Of a DNA stretch of 64,000 nucleotides, positions 29,247 to 38,067 are shown piece by piece. This stretch comes from Vicinamibacterales bacterium (GTDB lineage: Bacteria; Acidobacteriota; Vicinamibacteria; Vicinamibacterales; JAMQPK01). The stretch spans positions 249,437-313,436 of the forward strand of contig CAWKKU010000013.1 of NCBI GenBank assembly GCA_963850295.1, written 5' to 3'. Every line of letters begins with the position of its first letter. Within the stretch, counting starts at the first letter, position 1. Below the pieces are notes generated by a model that worked only from the letters and a program-made list of their open reading frames with translations, made no database searches and was not told where the DNA came from. A program made the translations under genes and the position numbers.

Positions 29247-30725
29247 CTATAAGCCCTCGTGCGCCAGCTCGAGCGCCCGAATCAACGCCCTGGCTTTGTC
29301 GCGCGTCTCCTCGTATTCGGCCTGCGGATTCGAGTCCGCCACGATGCCCGCGCCGGCCTGCACCATCGCCCGCCTGCCGGTGATCACGAGCGTGCGAATG
29401 GTGATGCAGAAATCCAGATTGCCGGCGAAGTCGAGATATCCGACCGCGCCCGCGTAGATTCCGCGCCGATCGGGCTCGAGCTCGGCGATGATCTCCATCG
29501 CTCTCACCTTCGGCGCGCCCGACACCGTCCCTGCCGGAAAACAGGCCACCAGCGCATCGAGCCGATCCTGGTCGGCCGCCAGCTTTCCTTCGACGATCGA
29601 CACGAGATGCATCACGTGGGAATATTTCTCGAGCCCCATGAACTGGGGCACCCTCACACTGCCGAACTCCGACACCCGCCCGAGATCGTTGCGTCCGAGA
29701 TCGACGAGCATCACGTGTTCGGAACGCTCCTTCTCGTTGCGCTTCAGCTCCTCGGCGAGGCGCGTGTCCTCTTCGTCGCTCTTGCCGCGCGGGCGCGTGC
29801 CGGCGATCGGGTGCGTCTGCGCCATGCCACCCTCGACACGCACCAGCATCTCCGGTGACGAGCCCACGATCGAGACCTTCCCCATGCGGAGAAAATACAT
29901 ATAGGGTGAAGGGTTCACGTGCCGGAGCGCGCGGTAGATGGTGAAGGGATCGGTCGAGATCTCGGCCTCGAAGCGTTGAGACAGGACGACCTGGTAGATG
30001 TCGCCCGCCGCGATGTACTCCTTGGCGGTCTTCACCATTTCGATGAAGCGCTCGCGTGGCACGTTCGACGTCACCTCGATGTTTCCGGCCGCGCCCGAGT
30101 GCGGATGTGACAGGTCCTTTCGCAGCTCGCGCTCGAGGAAACCGATCTTCGTGCACGCAAACTCGTAGAGGGCCTGGAGGTCGTCGTCCGGCGTGATGCG
30201 CGCGTTTGCGATGATCAGAATGCGGTGCTGCACGTGATCGAATGCCAGCACGGTGTCGAACATCATGAATCCGGCTTCATCGCCAAGCGCCGGATCCGGC
30301 TGGCCGTTGGACTGCAGCGTTACGGGCTCGAACCACGCCGCCGTGTCGTAGCCCAGGTAGCCCACCGCACCGCCGGTGAATCGCGGCAGCTCAGGAACGA
30401 ATGGCGAGCTGAAATCGGCCATCATGCCGCGAAGGATGTCGATGAACTTCTCCGCCCTTTCCGTGGTGACGCCGGCACTTTGCACGATGGTCTTGCCGTT
30501 GCGGGCGCGAAGCGTGACGAAGGGATCCTTGCCGAGAAACGAGTACCGCCCGACGTGTTCGCCTCCCTCGACGCTCTCGAGCAGGAAGGCGTAGTCGGAG
30601 TGTTCGGCGATGCGAAGAAACGCCGAGACCGGTGTCAGCAGGTCGGCCACGAGTTCCTTGACTACCGGCACGAACGTACTGCGTTGGGCGAGCTCGACAA
30701 AGGTCTCGAATGACGTCTGTTTCAT
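29247..30725 (-). CDS. trpE: Anthranilate synthase component I
   Basis: MKQTSFETFVELAQ...LLESVEGGE...GAVGYLDFAGNLDFCITIRT. The ATG overlaps the aroD/E stop (ATGA). The track ORF starts 20 codons upstream. Confidence 0.92.
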   Translation of the reverse strand: MKQTSFETFVELAQRSTFVPVVKELVADLLTPVSAFLRIAEHSDYAFLLESVEGGEHVGRYSFLGKDPFVTLRARNGKTIVQSAGVTTERAEKFIDILRGMMADFSSPFVPELPRFTGGAVGYLGYDTAAWFEPVTLQSNGQPDPALGDEAGFMMFDTVLAFDHVQHRILIIANARITPDDDLQALYEFACTKIGFLERELRKDLSHPHSGAAGNIEVTSNVPRERFIEMVKTAKEYIAAGDIYQVVLSQRFEAEISTDPFTIYRALRHVNPSPYMYFLRMGKVSIVGSSPEMLVRVEGGMAQTHPIAGTRPRGKSDEEDTRLAEELKRNEKERSEHVMLVDLGRNDLGRVSEFGSVRVPQFMGLEKYSHVMHLVSIVEGKLAADQDRLDALVACFPAGTVSGAPKVRAMEIIAELEPDRRGIYAGAVGYLDFAGNLDFCITIRTLVITGRRAMVQAGAGIVADSNPQAEYEETRDKARALIRALELAHEGL

Positions 30726-32155
30726 AAAGACCTGAGCGCGGCTTCCCGCATGAGTCCGGCCGGCGGGCGCCGGCCGGTCCACCACTCCGACTGGTCTTCT
30801 GCCTGCGCGACGAGCATGTCGAGGCCTCCGATGATGGCGCAGCCAGCGGCCGCCGCATCTCGCAGGAGGCGGGTTTCCATCGGGTTGTAAACAAGGTCGT
30901 AGACCAGCCGGCCGTCGAAGCGCCCTTCGAACGGCGTTTCATCGGCGTTCGGGTGCATCCCGACCGGAGTCGTGTTCACCAGCAGGTCCCAGCTATTCGG
31001 CGCGACGGGAAACGCGGCAGCGGCACCGCCGGCAAGCGCAGCGACCTCCCTGGCTCTTCCCCGGTTTCTGCCGTACACCGTCACAGCGCTGCCTGCAGAA
31101 CCCAGCGCCACGGCCACGGCCCGGGCAGCTCCGCCCGTTCCCAGAATCGCCGAGCGCGAGCGACGCAGTTCCATGCGGCCGACGAGCGGCGCCAGGAACC
31201 CGCTCACGTCTGTGTTCCGTGCGAGCCACCGCAGCCCGTCGCGGCTGTAGGTGTTCACCGCGCCAACATTGCGGCTTATGTCGTCCACGTCGTCCGCCCG
31301 CTGGAATAGATCCACCTTGTATGGAATGGTGATGCTGACACCTTGCACCGGCAGAGCTGTGGCAAACACCGTAAAGTCATCCGCGCTCGACGCGACAAGC
31401 GGGAGATACACGGCATCGATTCCGGCCGCACGGAACGCCGCGTTGTGCATTGCCGGAGAAACCGAGTGGGTCAGGGGCGAGCCGACAACGCCATAGATCG
31501 ACGTCCGGTCGGTAACGTCGCGGAATCTGAACTCGCCGAGCATGCGCGACACGTCGATCATTCCGGGAGCGTGACCATCGCCCGCGTACGCCCATCTGGA
31601 ATGAAAGTGAGCCGCGAGTATGCGGGTCGCGGCACCCACTGGCCCCATGCCGATTAGCACGGTGTTCGCGGCGCGCGGCAACTGCAGCAGGTGCAGGTTG
31701 TCCGACAGCGACCGTGCCATAACCGCAACCTTCACGACTTCCGCACCGGCGGCACGCATGGCCCGAACACGATCGATCAGATCCCCGGGCACGCCCTCGA
31801 AGTCGTGCGTCGACAGCACGATGCCCTTGCCGCCCGTACTCGCGATCAGCTCAGCGGCGAACGACGCCTTGAATTCCACATCCACGTATTCGGCGCCCTG
31901 CTGCACGGCGCACGCGAGAATCCTGCGCCGCTCCGCTTCGTCATCCTGAAACGCACCGCCTTCCCAGGCCGGCCGGCAGGTCACGACGACCGGGCTTTTG
32001 CGTCCAGCCAGTGCCGCCGTCACGTCCGGGTCGCTCACCGAATCCAGCCGCAGCTCGACCATATCGGCGCCCGCCGCCGACGCCGCGTCGCGACGGCGAC
32101 GGAGCTCCGCCGTCGTGGGGGCTGCGACAGTGATGACGAGTAAGGGTCTGGACAT
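30722..32155 (-). CDS. aroD/aroE: Bifunctional 3-dehydroquinate dehydratase (type I) / shikimate 5-dehydrogenase fusion
   Basis: 477-aa ORF. The N-terminal half is DHQase-I-like (MVELRLDSV...STHDFEG). The C-terminal half is AroE (VVGSPLTHSVSPAMHNAAF...GTGGAARAV..NTTPVGM). Confidence 0.85.
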   Translation of the reverse strand: MSRPLLVITVAAPTTAELRRRRDAASAAGADMVELRLDSVSDPDVTAALAGRKSPVVVTCRPAWEGGAFQDDEAERRRILACAVQQGAEYVDVEFKASFAAELIASTGGKGIVLSTHDFEGVPGDLIDRVRAMRAAGAEVVKVAVMARSLSDNLHLLQLPRAANTVLIGMGPVGAATRILAAHFHSRWAYAGDGHAPGMIDVSRMLGEFRFRDVTDRTSIYGVVGSPLTHSVSPAMHNAAFRAAGIDAVYLPLVASSADDFTVFATALPVQGVSITIPYKVDLFQRADDVDDISRNVGAVNTYSRDGLRWLARNTDVSGFLAPLVGRMELRRSRSAILGTGGAARAVAVALGSAGSAVTVYGRNRGRAREVAALAGGAAAAFPVAPNSWDLLVNTTPVGMHPNADETPFEGRFDGRLVYDLVYNPMETRLLRDAAAAGCAIIGGLDMLVAQAEDQSEWWTGRRPPAGLMREAALRSL

Positions 32156-32192
32156 AAAAAAAGCCTCTTCAACCGTTCCGGCTGAAGAGGCT
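32156..32192 (-). terminator. Strong intrinsic terminator / attenuator hairpin directly upstream of the aroD/E start codon
   Basis: The minus-strand RNA AGCCUCUUCAGCC-GGAAC-GGUUGAAGAGGCU gives a 13-bp stem with one G.U pair, followed by a run of U's ending at the ATG (32155). The 3' arm contains AAGAGG, the only SD-like sequence for aroD/E. Confidence 0.8.
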
Positions 32193-32217
32193 GTGTTGGC
32201 TCCCGATGACGTCGGTT

Positions 32218-32349
32218 CTAGGCCAAGGCAGTCGCCCCTTCAGTCTGGGCGTAATACCACCATCCAAAACCAAACGACACGCCGGCATGCGCAACCATCG
32301 CGATGACGATGGGACGCGGTGGGCGTTTGGTGGAAGAAGTGGCCTGCAT
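32218..32349 (-). CDS. Candidate aromatic-operon leader peptide (43 aa, ..FGFGWWYY..)
   Basis: atg cag gcc ... ttt ggt ttt gga tgg tgg tat tac gcc cag act gaa ggg gcg act gcc ttg gcc tag gives MQATSSTKRPPRPIVIAMVAHAGVSFGFGWWYYAQTEGATALA. It lies between a promoter-like site and the terminator. It could alternatively be a small membrane peptide. Confidence 0.5.
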   Translation of the reverse strand: MQATSSTKRPPRPIVIAMVAHAGVSFGFGWWYYAQTEGATALA

Positions 32350-32366
32350 GGCTGAAACTCTGGTGG

Positions 32367-32396
32367 AAGATAGCAGGAAGCCTTTGAAATTGTCAA
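32367..32396 (-). promoter_or_regulatory. Putative sigma-70 promoter for the leader and aromatic operon (TTGACA - 18 nt - TATCTT)
   Basis: On the minus strand, cTTGACAatttcaaaggcttcctgcTATCTTcc. The -35 box is the complement of 32391-32396 and the -10 box the complement of 32367-32372. Confidence 0.45.
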
Positions 32397-32443
32397 GACA
32401 TGTGCCACTATAACTGTAAGGATTTCCCAATAGATTCAACGAC

Positions 32444-34267
32444 ATGAAGAGACTTCTTTTCGCCCTCTTTGCGAGCATGGCGGTGCTGGTTGTGTCGCTT
32501 CCGGCGGCGCCGCCCTATTACCCCATCGACCAGGTCAAGCCCGGCATGATTGCCACCGGACACACCGTGTGGCAAGGCGACCGGATTGAAGAGTTCAAGG
32601 TCCATATCATCGGCGTGCTTCGCAACGTCATCGGACCGAAGCGCGATTTGATTCTGGCGAAGCTCGAAGGCGGCCCGCTCGCCCATACCGGCGTCATCGC
32701 CGGCATGAGCGGAAGCCCCGTCTACATCGACGGTCAACTCGTCGGCGCCGTGTCGTATTCGCTCGGGGCGTTTTCCAAGGAACCGATTGCGGGCATCACA
32801 CCGATCGGCGAGATGATCGACGCGGCCACGCTCGATACGCCCCGTCCCCCAATCGGCACGCGCGCGCGGCTGGAAACTCCTGTCACCCGCGAAAGCGTCG
32901 CTGCGGCGCTCCGCGCGTCGATGTCGTGGGCGCGCCCGTTCGCCGATCGCCCGTCCGACGTGCAGGTCTTCGGTGACGGCGTGCAGGGGCAGGTCGCCAC
33001 GATGCTCCGTCCAATCGCCACACCGCTGAATCTCGGCGGCTTCTCGCCCGAGATCGCGGAAATGCTCGGCTCGTCATTCCGTGACTATGGGTTCATGCCG
33101 ATTGCCGGCGCGGCGGCTGCCCAAAATCAGCAGAGTTCCACCGCGCCGCTTCGGCCTGGCTCCGCCGTCGGCGTCAACATCGTGAGCGGCGACTTCAACA
33201 TGGGCGCCACGGGCACGGTCACCGAAGTGATCGGGAACAAGGTCTATGCGTTCGGCCATCCGTTCTTCAATCTCGGGCCGGTCGCATTTCCGATGACCCA
33301 GGCGTACGTGCACACGCTACTCCCCAGCATGACCTCGTCCATGAAAATCGCCACGCTTGGCGATGTCATCGGAACGGTTCAGCAGGATCGCGCCACGACG
33401 ATCGCCGGCTTGACGGGTAACGGGCCCACGACGATTCCCGTGAAGATTGCGCTCGAGTCCGAGCGTGGATTCCGCAAGGAATTCGCCTTCAGAGTCGTCA
33501 ACGACCAGTTGTTCACGCCGCTCTTCACCTATGCGTCGATCCTCAGCACGCTCACCTCGTATGAGCGTGAAACCGGCGCGGCAACGTTCAGCATCAAAGG
33601 CACGATGAACGTGAAGTCGCACGGCGAAATCAAGATTGAAGATCTCTTCTCGGGCAACAGCGCGTCGCTGAACGCCGCGGGCTCCGTCATGGCGCCGCTC
33701 ACGTTCCTGCTCGACAACGACTTCGAGCCGATTCACATCGAATCGGTCGACCTGACGGTCCAGTCAACCGAGCAGCCGCGAACCGCCACGATCGAGCGCG
33801 TGTGGCTCGACGGCGCCCGCGCCCGTGCGGGCCGCGTCGTGCCGCTGAAAGTGCTGATGCGGACCTATCGCGGCGAAGAGGTCGTCAGCACCGTGCCGCT
33901 CGAGATCCCCGCGAACGCAACGGGCGCGTTGTCCGTGATGGTGTCCGACGGCGCCCGCCTTGCTCAATGGGAGCGGCGCGAAGTGCGCCAGCCCACCGAG
34001 CCGCGCAGCGTGCCGCAGCTGATGCGGGCGCTCAATACCACCCGTAAGAACAACCGCCTCTACGTGCGGCTGCTGGCGTCGGATTCCGGCGCCGTGGTTC
34101 GCGGCGAGCCGTTGTCGTCGCTGCCGCCTTCGGTGCTGGGCGTGCTCGAAGCCGATCGCAGCGCCGGCGATTTCATTCCGCTTCGCAACGCGACCCTGGG
34201 CGAATGGAATCTTCCGACCGAGTTTGCCGTCGTCGGCGCGCGGATGCTGACGATCAACATCGAGTAA
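32444..34267 (+). CDS. Secreted peptidase S55 (SpoIVB-like) domain protein
   Basis: 607-aa ORF with signal peptide MKRLLFALFASMAVLVVSLPAAP and the S55 core IIGVL...TGVIAGMSGSPVYIDGQLVGAVSYS. Confidence 0.75.
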   Translation: MKRLLFALFASMAVLVVSLPAAPPYYPIDQVKPGMIATGHTVWQGDRIEEFKVHIIGVLRNVIGPKRDLILAKLEGGPLAHTGVIAGMSGSPVYIDGQLVGAVSYSLGAFSKEPIAGITPIGEMIDAATLDTPRPPIGTRARLETPVTRESVAAALRASMSWARPFADRPSDVQVFGDGVQGQVATMLRPIATPLNLGGFSPEIAEMLGSSFRDYGFMPIAGAAAAQNQQSSTAPLRPGSAVGVNIVSGDFNMGATGTVTEVIGNKVYAFGHPFFNLGPVAFPMTQAYVHTLLPSMTSSMKIATLGDVIGTVQQDRATTIAGLTGNGPTTIPVKIALESERGFRKEFAFRVVNDQLFTPLFTYASILSTLTSYERETGAATFSIKGTMNVKSHGEIKIEDLFSGNSASLNAAGSVMAPLTFLLDNDFEPIHIESVDLTVQSTEQPRTATIERVWLDGARARAGRVVPLKVLMRTYRGEEVVSTVPLEIPANATGALSVMVSDGARLAQWERREVRQPTEPRSVPQLMRALNTTRKNNRLYVRLLASDSGAVVRGEPLSSLPPSVLGVLEADRSAGDFIPLRNATLGEWNLPTEFAVVGARMLTINIE

Positions 34268-34276
34268 CCCACGGAA

Positions 34277-36506
34277 ATGCGTTCGATTCGAAACGACTTC
34301 CTCGTGTTCGCTGTAGTTGCGGCCTGGACGGTGGCGCTCGCCGCCTCGAAGCCGGTCTTCTGGCAAACCGCCACGTTGAACGACTTTCTGCGGGGCGAGG
34401 CCGAGAACCTCTCCGTCGACGGACATGGCCGGCTCGTGCTGGGACCTGCGACCGAGATGGTGGCCGACACCACCGCTCCGTTCCTGTGGGCGATGGTCGT
34501 GGCCCCCGACGGCGCGATTTACGTCGGAACGGGCAACGAAGGCAAAGTCCTCAAGGTCGAGAACGGCAAGCCGACGACCTTCTTCGACGCGGCGGAGCTC
34601 GAAGTGCACGCCCTCGCGCTCGCGTCCGACGGTACTCTCTACGCAGCCACGTCGCCTGAAGGGCGCATCTACAAGATCGATCGTTCGGGAAAATCCGCTC
34701 CGTTTTTCGATCCGGACGACAAGTACATCTGGAGCCTGGCGCTCGACGAGAAGGGGAATGTTTACGCCGGCACCGGCGAAAAAGGCGTGATTTACAAGAT
34801 CACCCCGGACGGGAAAGGCAGCCCCTTCTACTCCACCAAGGCGACGCACGTCATTTCCCTCGCCTTCGAGCGCAGCGGGCAGCTGCTCGCGGGTACCGAA
34901 GGCCCGGGCCGTCTCTTCCGCGTCGACACCGTCGGGAAGGCGTTTCTCCTGCTCGATTCGACGTTTCAGGAGATTCGCGCCATTCGTCTCGATGCGCAGG
35001 GCAACATCTTCGTCGCCGCGCTCAGTGGCCGCACGACTGCAAATCAGCCGGCCCTCGCGCCGCCCGCGGATACCACCTCGTCGTCTCCAGCGCGCGAGCC
35101 GGTAGCCACGGTCACAACCGAGGTCACCGCCATTGCGGTCGTCGACACGGGCGGCGCCAGCGTCGGGTCGAGCGAGCCGCCTGCTCGCGAAGATCGGCGC
35201 AGCGGCCGCGGCGCGATCTACCAGAATCCGCCCCGACGGTCTTTGGGACATCCTCTGGGAATCAGGCGACGATTCGCCCTATGACCTGATGTTCGATTCG
35301 TCCGGCGCGCTCATCGTCGGCACAGGACGGAATGGCAAGCTGTACAGCCTGTCGGGCGAGCCCGCCACGGCGACATTGCTGATGCAGGCATCTGCCCAGC
35401 AGGTGACCGGATTTGCGCTCGATGCGAAGAAGAACGTCTACTACGCGACGTCGAACCCCGGAAAGATCTTCAGGCTCTCGTCGCAGCGCGCATCCGAAGG
35501 CACGTATACGTCGCTCGTCCGCGACGCACAGACGGTCGCCGACTGGGGCACGCTCAGCTGGCGCGCATCGGCGCCCACGGGCTCCAAGGTCGATATGTTC
35601 ACGCGCTCGGGTAACACCGCAACCCCGGACGATACCTGGAGCGCATGGAGCGGCCCCTACGCTGTTTCAGAGGGAGAAGAGATCAAGAGTCCCAATGCCC
35701 GGTATCTGCAATGGAAGGCCGTGCTGAGCGGAAAACAGATGACGCCGGTGCTCACCTCCGTGTCTGCCGCCTACGTTCAGCGCAATCTACGGCCCAAGAT
35801 CACGAGCCTCACCGTGCACCCGGCGGGCACCGTGTTTCAGAAGCCATATCCGACCGGAGATCCGGATATCGCCGGATTCGATGACCAGGCTCCCGATCGC
35901 CGCATCCTCAGCTCGACCGCGAATCCTCCCAGCGGATCGTCGGCGCTTGGCCGGCGCGCCTATCAGCGCGGCCTGCAGACGTTCGTCTGGCGCGGCGAAG
36001 ACGCAAACGACGACGAGTTGAGGTACGAAATCCTCTATCGCCGCGAGGGCGAGACGGCATGGAAGTCTCTGAAGTCCGATCTCGATGAAACGATCTTCGT
36101 GTGGGATACCACTTCGGTTCCGAACGGTACTTACGTTGTGAAGGTCGCCGCGTCCGATCGCGCGTCCAACACGCCGGGCGCCGCACTGGATGGTGAGCTC
36201 GAGAGCTCCGCCTTCGACATCGATAACGGACCTCCCGCGGTCAACGTCACCGCATCGCGGCCCGCGAATGGCCGGGTCACGATCCAGTTCGAGGTTCGCG
36301 ACGAATGGTCGTCGATTTCGAAGGTGGAATATTCACTCGACGCGCAGCGCTGGCAGGTCGTCTACCCGCGCGATGGCATCTTCGACTCGCGGAACGAACA
36401 GTTCGAGCTGACGCTGGAAAGCGCGGACGCGGCCAAGGGTCTGATCATCCGCGCCTACGATGCGAAGAACAACTCCGCCACGGCACGGGGGGATGCCCCG
36501 AAGTAA
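34277..36506 (+). CDS. Secreted beta-propeller repeat protein with C-terminal Ig/FN3-like domains; one frameshift in this sequence
   Basis: Repeated blocks (DGAIYVGTGNEGKVLKV, DGTLYAATSPEGRIYKI, KGNVYAGTGEKGVIYKI, SGALIVGTGRNGKLYSL, KNVYYATSNPGKIFRL). Fragments 34277..35284 and 35133..36506 join at ..GAIY(R)IRPDGLWDIL.. when one c of cc 35221-35222 is removed. Confidence 0.7.
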
Positions 36507-36590
36507 GGAAGAACGTAGAACGAAGAACGAAAAGAATCACGCGTGACGGCGTCTCTTTATTCCGTCTTCGTTCTTCGTTTTTCCTTTTCT
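36507..36590. repeat. Paired inverted heptamer arrays (AGAACGW)n / (GTTCTTC)n forming a hairpin between convergent genes; likely terminator
   Basis: agaacgt agaacga agaacga (36510-36530), a loop containing tcacgcgtga, then cgtcttc gttcttc gtttttc (36563-36583). acgaagaacgaa (36520-36531) is complementary to ttcgttcttcgt (36567-36578), and a T run follows on the plus strand. Confidence 0.85.
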
Positions 36591-36593
36591 TGG

Positions 36594-37385
36594 TTATAGA
36601 GTTTTCCACCCGTCCACGCGCACCGAGACATACGCGCGCAGAGGGGCACGGACGGTCGTGTTCGACACCAGCCACACCACATTCTGAGAGACGGGCGTGC
36701 CGGCGGCCCTGGCGGGCTCGAACCGCGCGGTCGCGGCGGCATTGAGGAGCTCTGACAGTTCCCGATGCGTCGGCAGGCGGCGGCCGGGGCGCGTGCGCTC
36801 GCCAATCAGCTCCACGTCTTCGGGGTACCCGTCCGCGGTGACCAGCATGGCGAACACGACTTCTTCGTCGTCCCGATTCATGACCGCTGTGGGCATGATC
36901 GCTTCGGCATACGCGCGGGGCAGCTCGACGGTCGGCAGGTAGATGTCGGTCGTGCGCGCACGCGCGCTCAACGTCATCGCCGCTTTCAGCGATTCAGGGT
37001 GACGGATAGGCGTCTGCGCCAGCAGGAATGCCCCCACCGCGAGACACAGCGAGGCGACAATCGACACGCTCACGCACGCCGAGGCGCGCCGCGGATCGTC
37101 GAAGAGGTTCCGGAAGGTCCGGCCGAAGGACGCCTTCTCCTCGGCGTCCCACCGCTGCAGAATATCTGTCTGCAGACGGCCGAGCCCGGGCATCACTGCG
37201 ACGTCGTCGGTGCGGGCGATCAACTGGAGCGCCTTGCGGATGGCTTCCAGATCGTCTCCCTCGACTCGGCACGAGGGGCAGCGATCCAGATGGTCCGAGA
37301 TGGCGATGCGATCGGCGACAGGCAGCTCTTCGTCGTAAAACGCCGAGAGGTCGGCTTGCACGCGCTCGCAGGTCCAGGTCAGCAT
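36594..37385 (-). CDS. Anti-sigma factor (zf-HC2 N-terminus, one TM helix, periplasmic C-terminal domain)
   Basis: 263-aa ORF MLTWTCERVQADLSAFYDEELPVADRIAISDHLDRCPSCR. A TM segment near ASACVSVSIVASLCLAVGAFLLA. It overlaps the upstream sigma gene by 7 nt. Confidence 0.8.
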   Translation of the reverse strand: MLTWTCERVQADLSAFYDEELPVADRIAISDHLDRCPSCRVEGDDLEAIRKALQLIARTDDVAVMPGLGRLQTDILQRWDAEEKASFGRTFRNLFDDPRRASACVSVSIVASLCLAVGAFLLAQTPIRHPESLKAAMTLSARARTTDIYLPTVELPRAYAEAIMPTAVMNRDDEEVVFAMLVTADGYPEDVELIGERTRPGRRLPTHRELSELLNAAATARFEPARAAGTPVSQNVVWLVSNTTVRAPLRAYVSVRVDGWKTL

Positions 37386-38005
37386 CGCAGATCTCCGAGC
37401 TCCTGACGCAACGCCTGTCGCGCGCGCGTGAGCCTCGACTTGACGGTTCCCACCGGCAGTCCGAGCGAGAATGCGATTTCTTCGTATCTCAACCCTTCAA
37501 CCTCTCGTAACACCAGCGCGGTCCTCTGCTCGAACGGAAGATTCTGAATCGCCGTCTTCAGGCGCGCGCCGAGCTCCTTGCGCGACAGCTCACGATCGGG
37601 GGTGGACGTTTCGGCGCCCAGGACCATCTCACCGTGATCGCGGATGTGCTCGTCGAGCGACACCTGATTGGACCGCTGCCGGCGTCTCCACCACCGCTGG
37701 CGGTTCCGTACTTGATTGACGACGATGCGGAAGATCCAGGTGCGTAGCGACGACTGCCCTCGGAATCGATGCAACGTGCGGAAGACCCTCAGGAAGACTT
37801 CCTGCGACAGATCCAGCGCTTCCTCGCGGTCTCCCAGGAGGTGTGTCGCCAGTCCGAGCACGAGGCGGTGGTGGTCCGAAACGAGGGCTGCGTGCGCCGT
37901 ATCGTCGCCGGCCAGACAGCGCTCGATGAGCGCAGCTTCACCAGAGGCGACCTCGGAACTCCATCCGATTGCTTCAGCCGGCTTCGCGGAAAAATTTCCT
38001 GCCAT
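37379..38005 (-). CDS. ECF-type RNA polymerase sigma factor
   Basis: 208-aa ORF with region 2 (DLSQEVFLRVFRTLHRFRGQSSLRTWIFRIVVNQ) and region 4 (LVLREVEGLRYEEIAFSLGLPVGTVKSRL). Confidence 0.9.
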   Translation of the reverse strand: MAGNFSAKPAEAIGWSSEVASGEAALIERCLAGDDTAHAALVSDHHRLVLGLATHLLGDREEALDLSQEVFLRVFRTLHRFRGQSSLRTWIFRIVVNQVRNRQRWWRRRQRSNQVSLDEHIRDHGEMVLGAETSTPDRELSRKELGARLKTAIQNLPFEQRTALVLREVEGLRYEEIAFSLGLPVGTVKSRLTRARQALRQELGDLRC

Positions 38006-38039
38006 GCGGTACCCTCGAAATATAGCAGGTTCTGGGAAG

Positions 38040-38067
38040 TTAGACCCGGAATGGCACGAAATGTTCC
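38040..38067 (-). promoter_or_regulatory. ECF-type promoter candidate (GGAAC - 17 nt - GTCTAA) upstream of the sigma/anti-sigma operon
   Basis: On the minus strand, cGGAACatttcgtgccattccggGTCTAAc. The -35 box is the complement of 38063-38067 and the -10 box the complement of 38040-38045, about 35 nt upstream of the start codon. Confidence 0.4.

Noticed and set aside
38052-38067. A sigma-54 promoter-like TGGCAC-N5 element (tggcacgaaatgttcc) near the TPR gene start, which would have been interesting given the bEBP in the window.
   Set aside because: The -12 element reads GTTC rather than TTGC, so the critical GC dinucleotide is missing. The same bases are better explained as the -35 GGAAC of an ECF promoter on the opposite strand.
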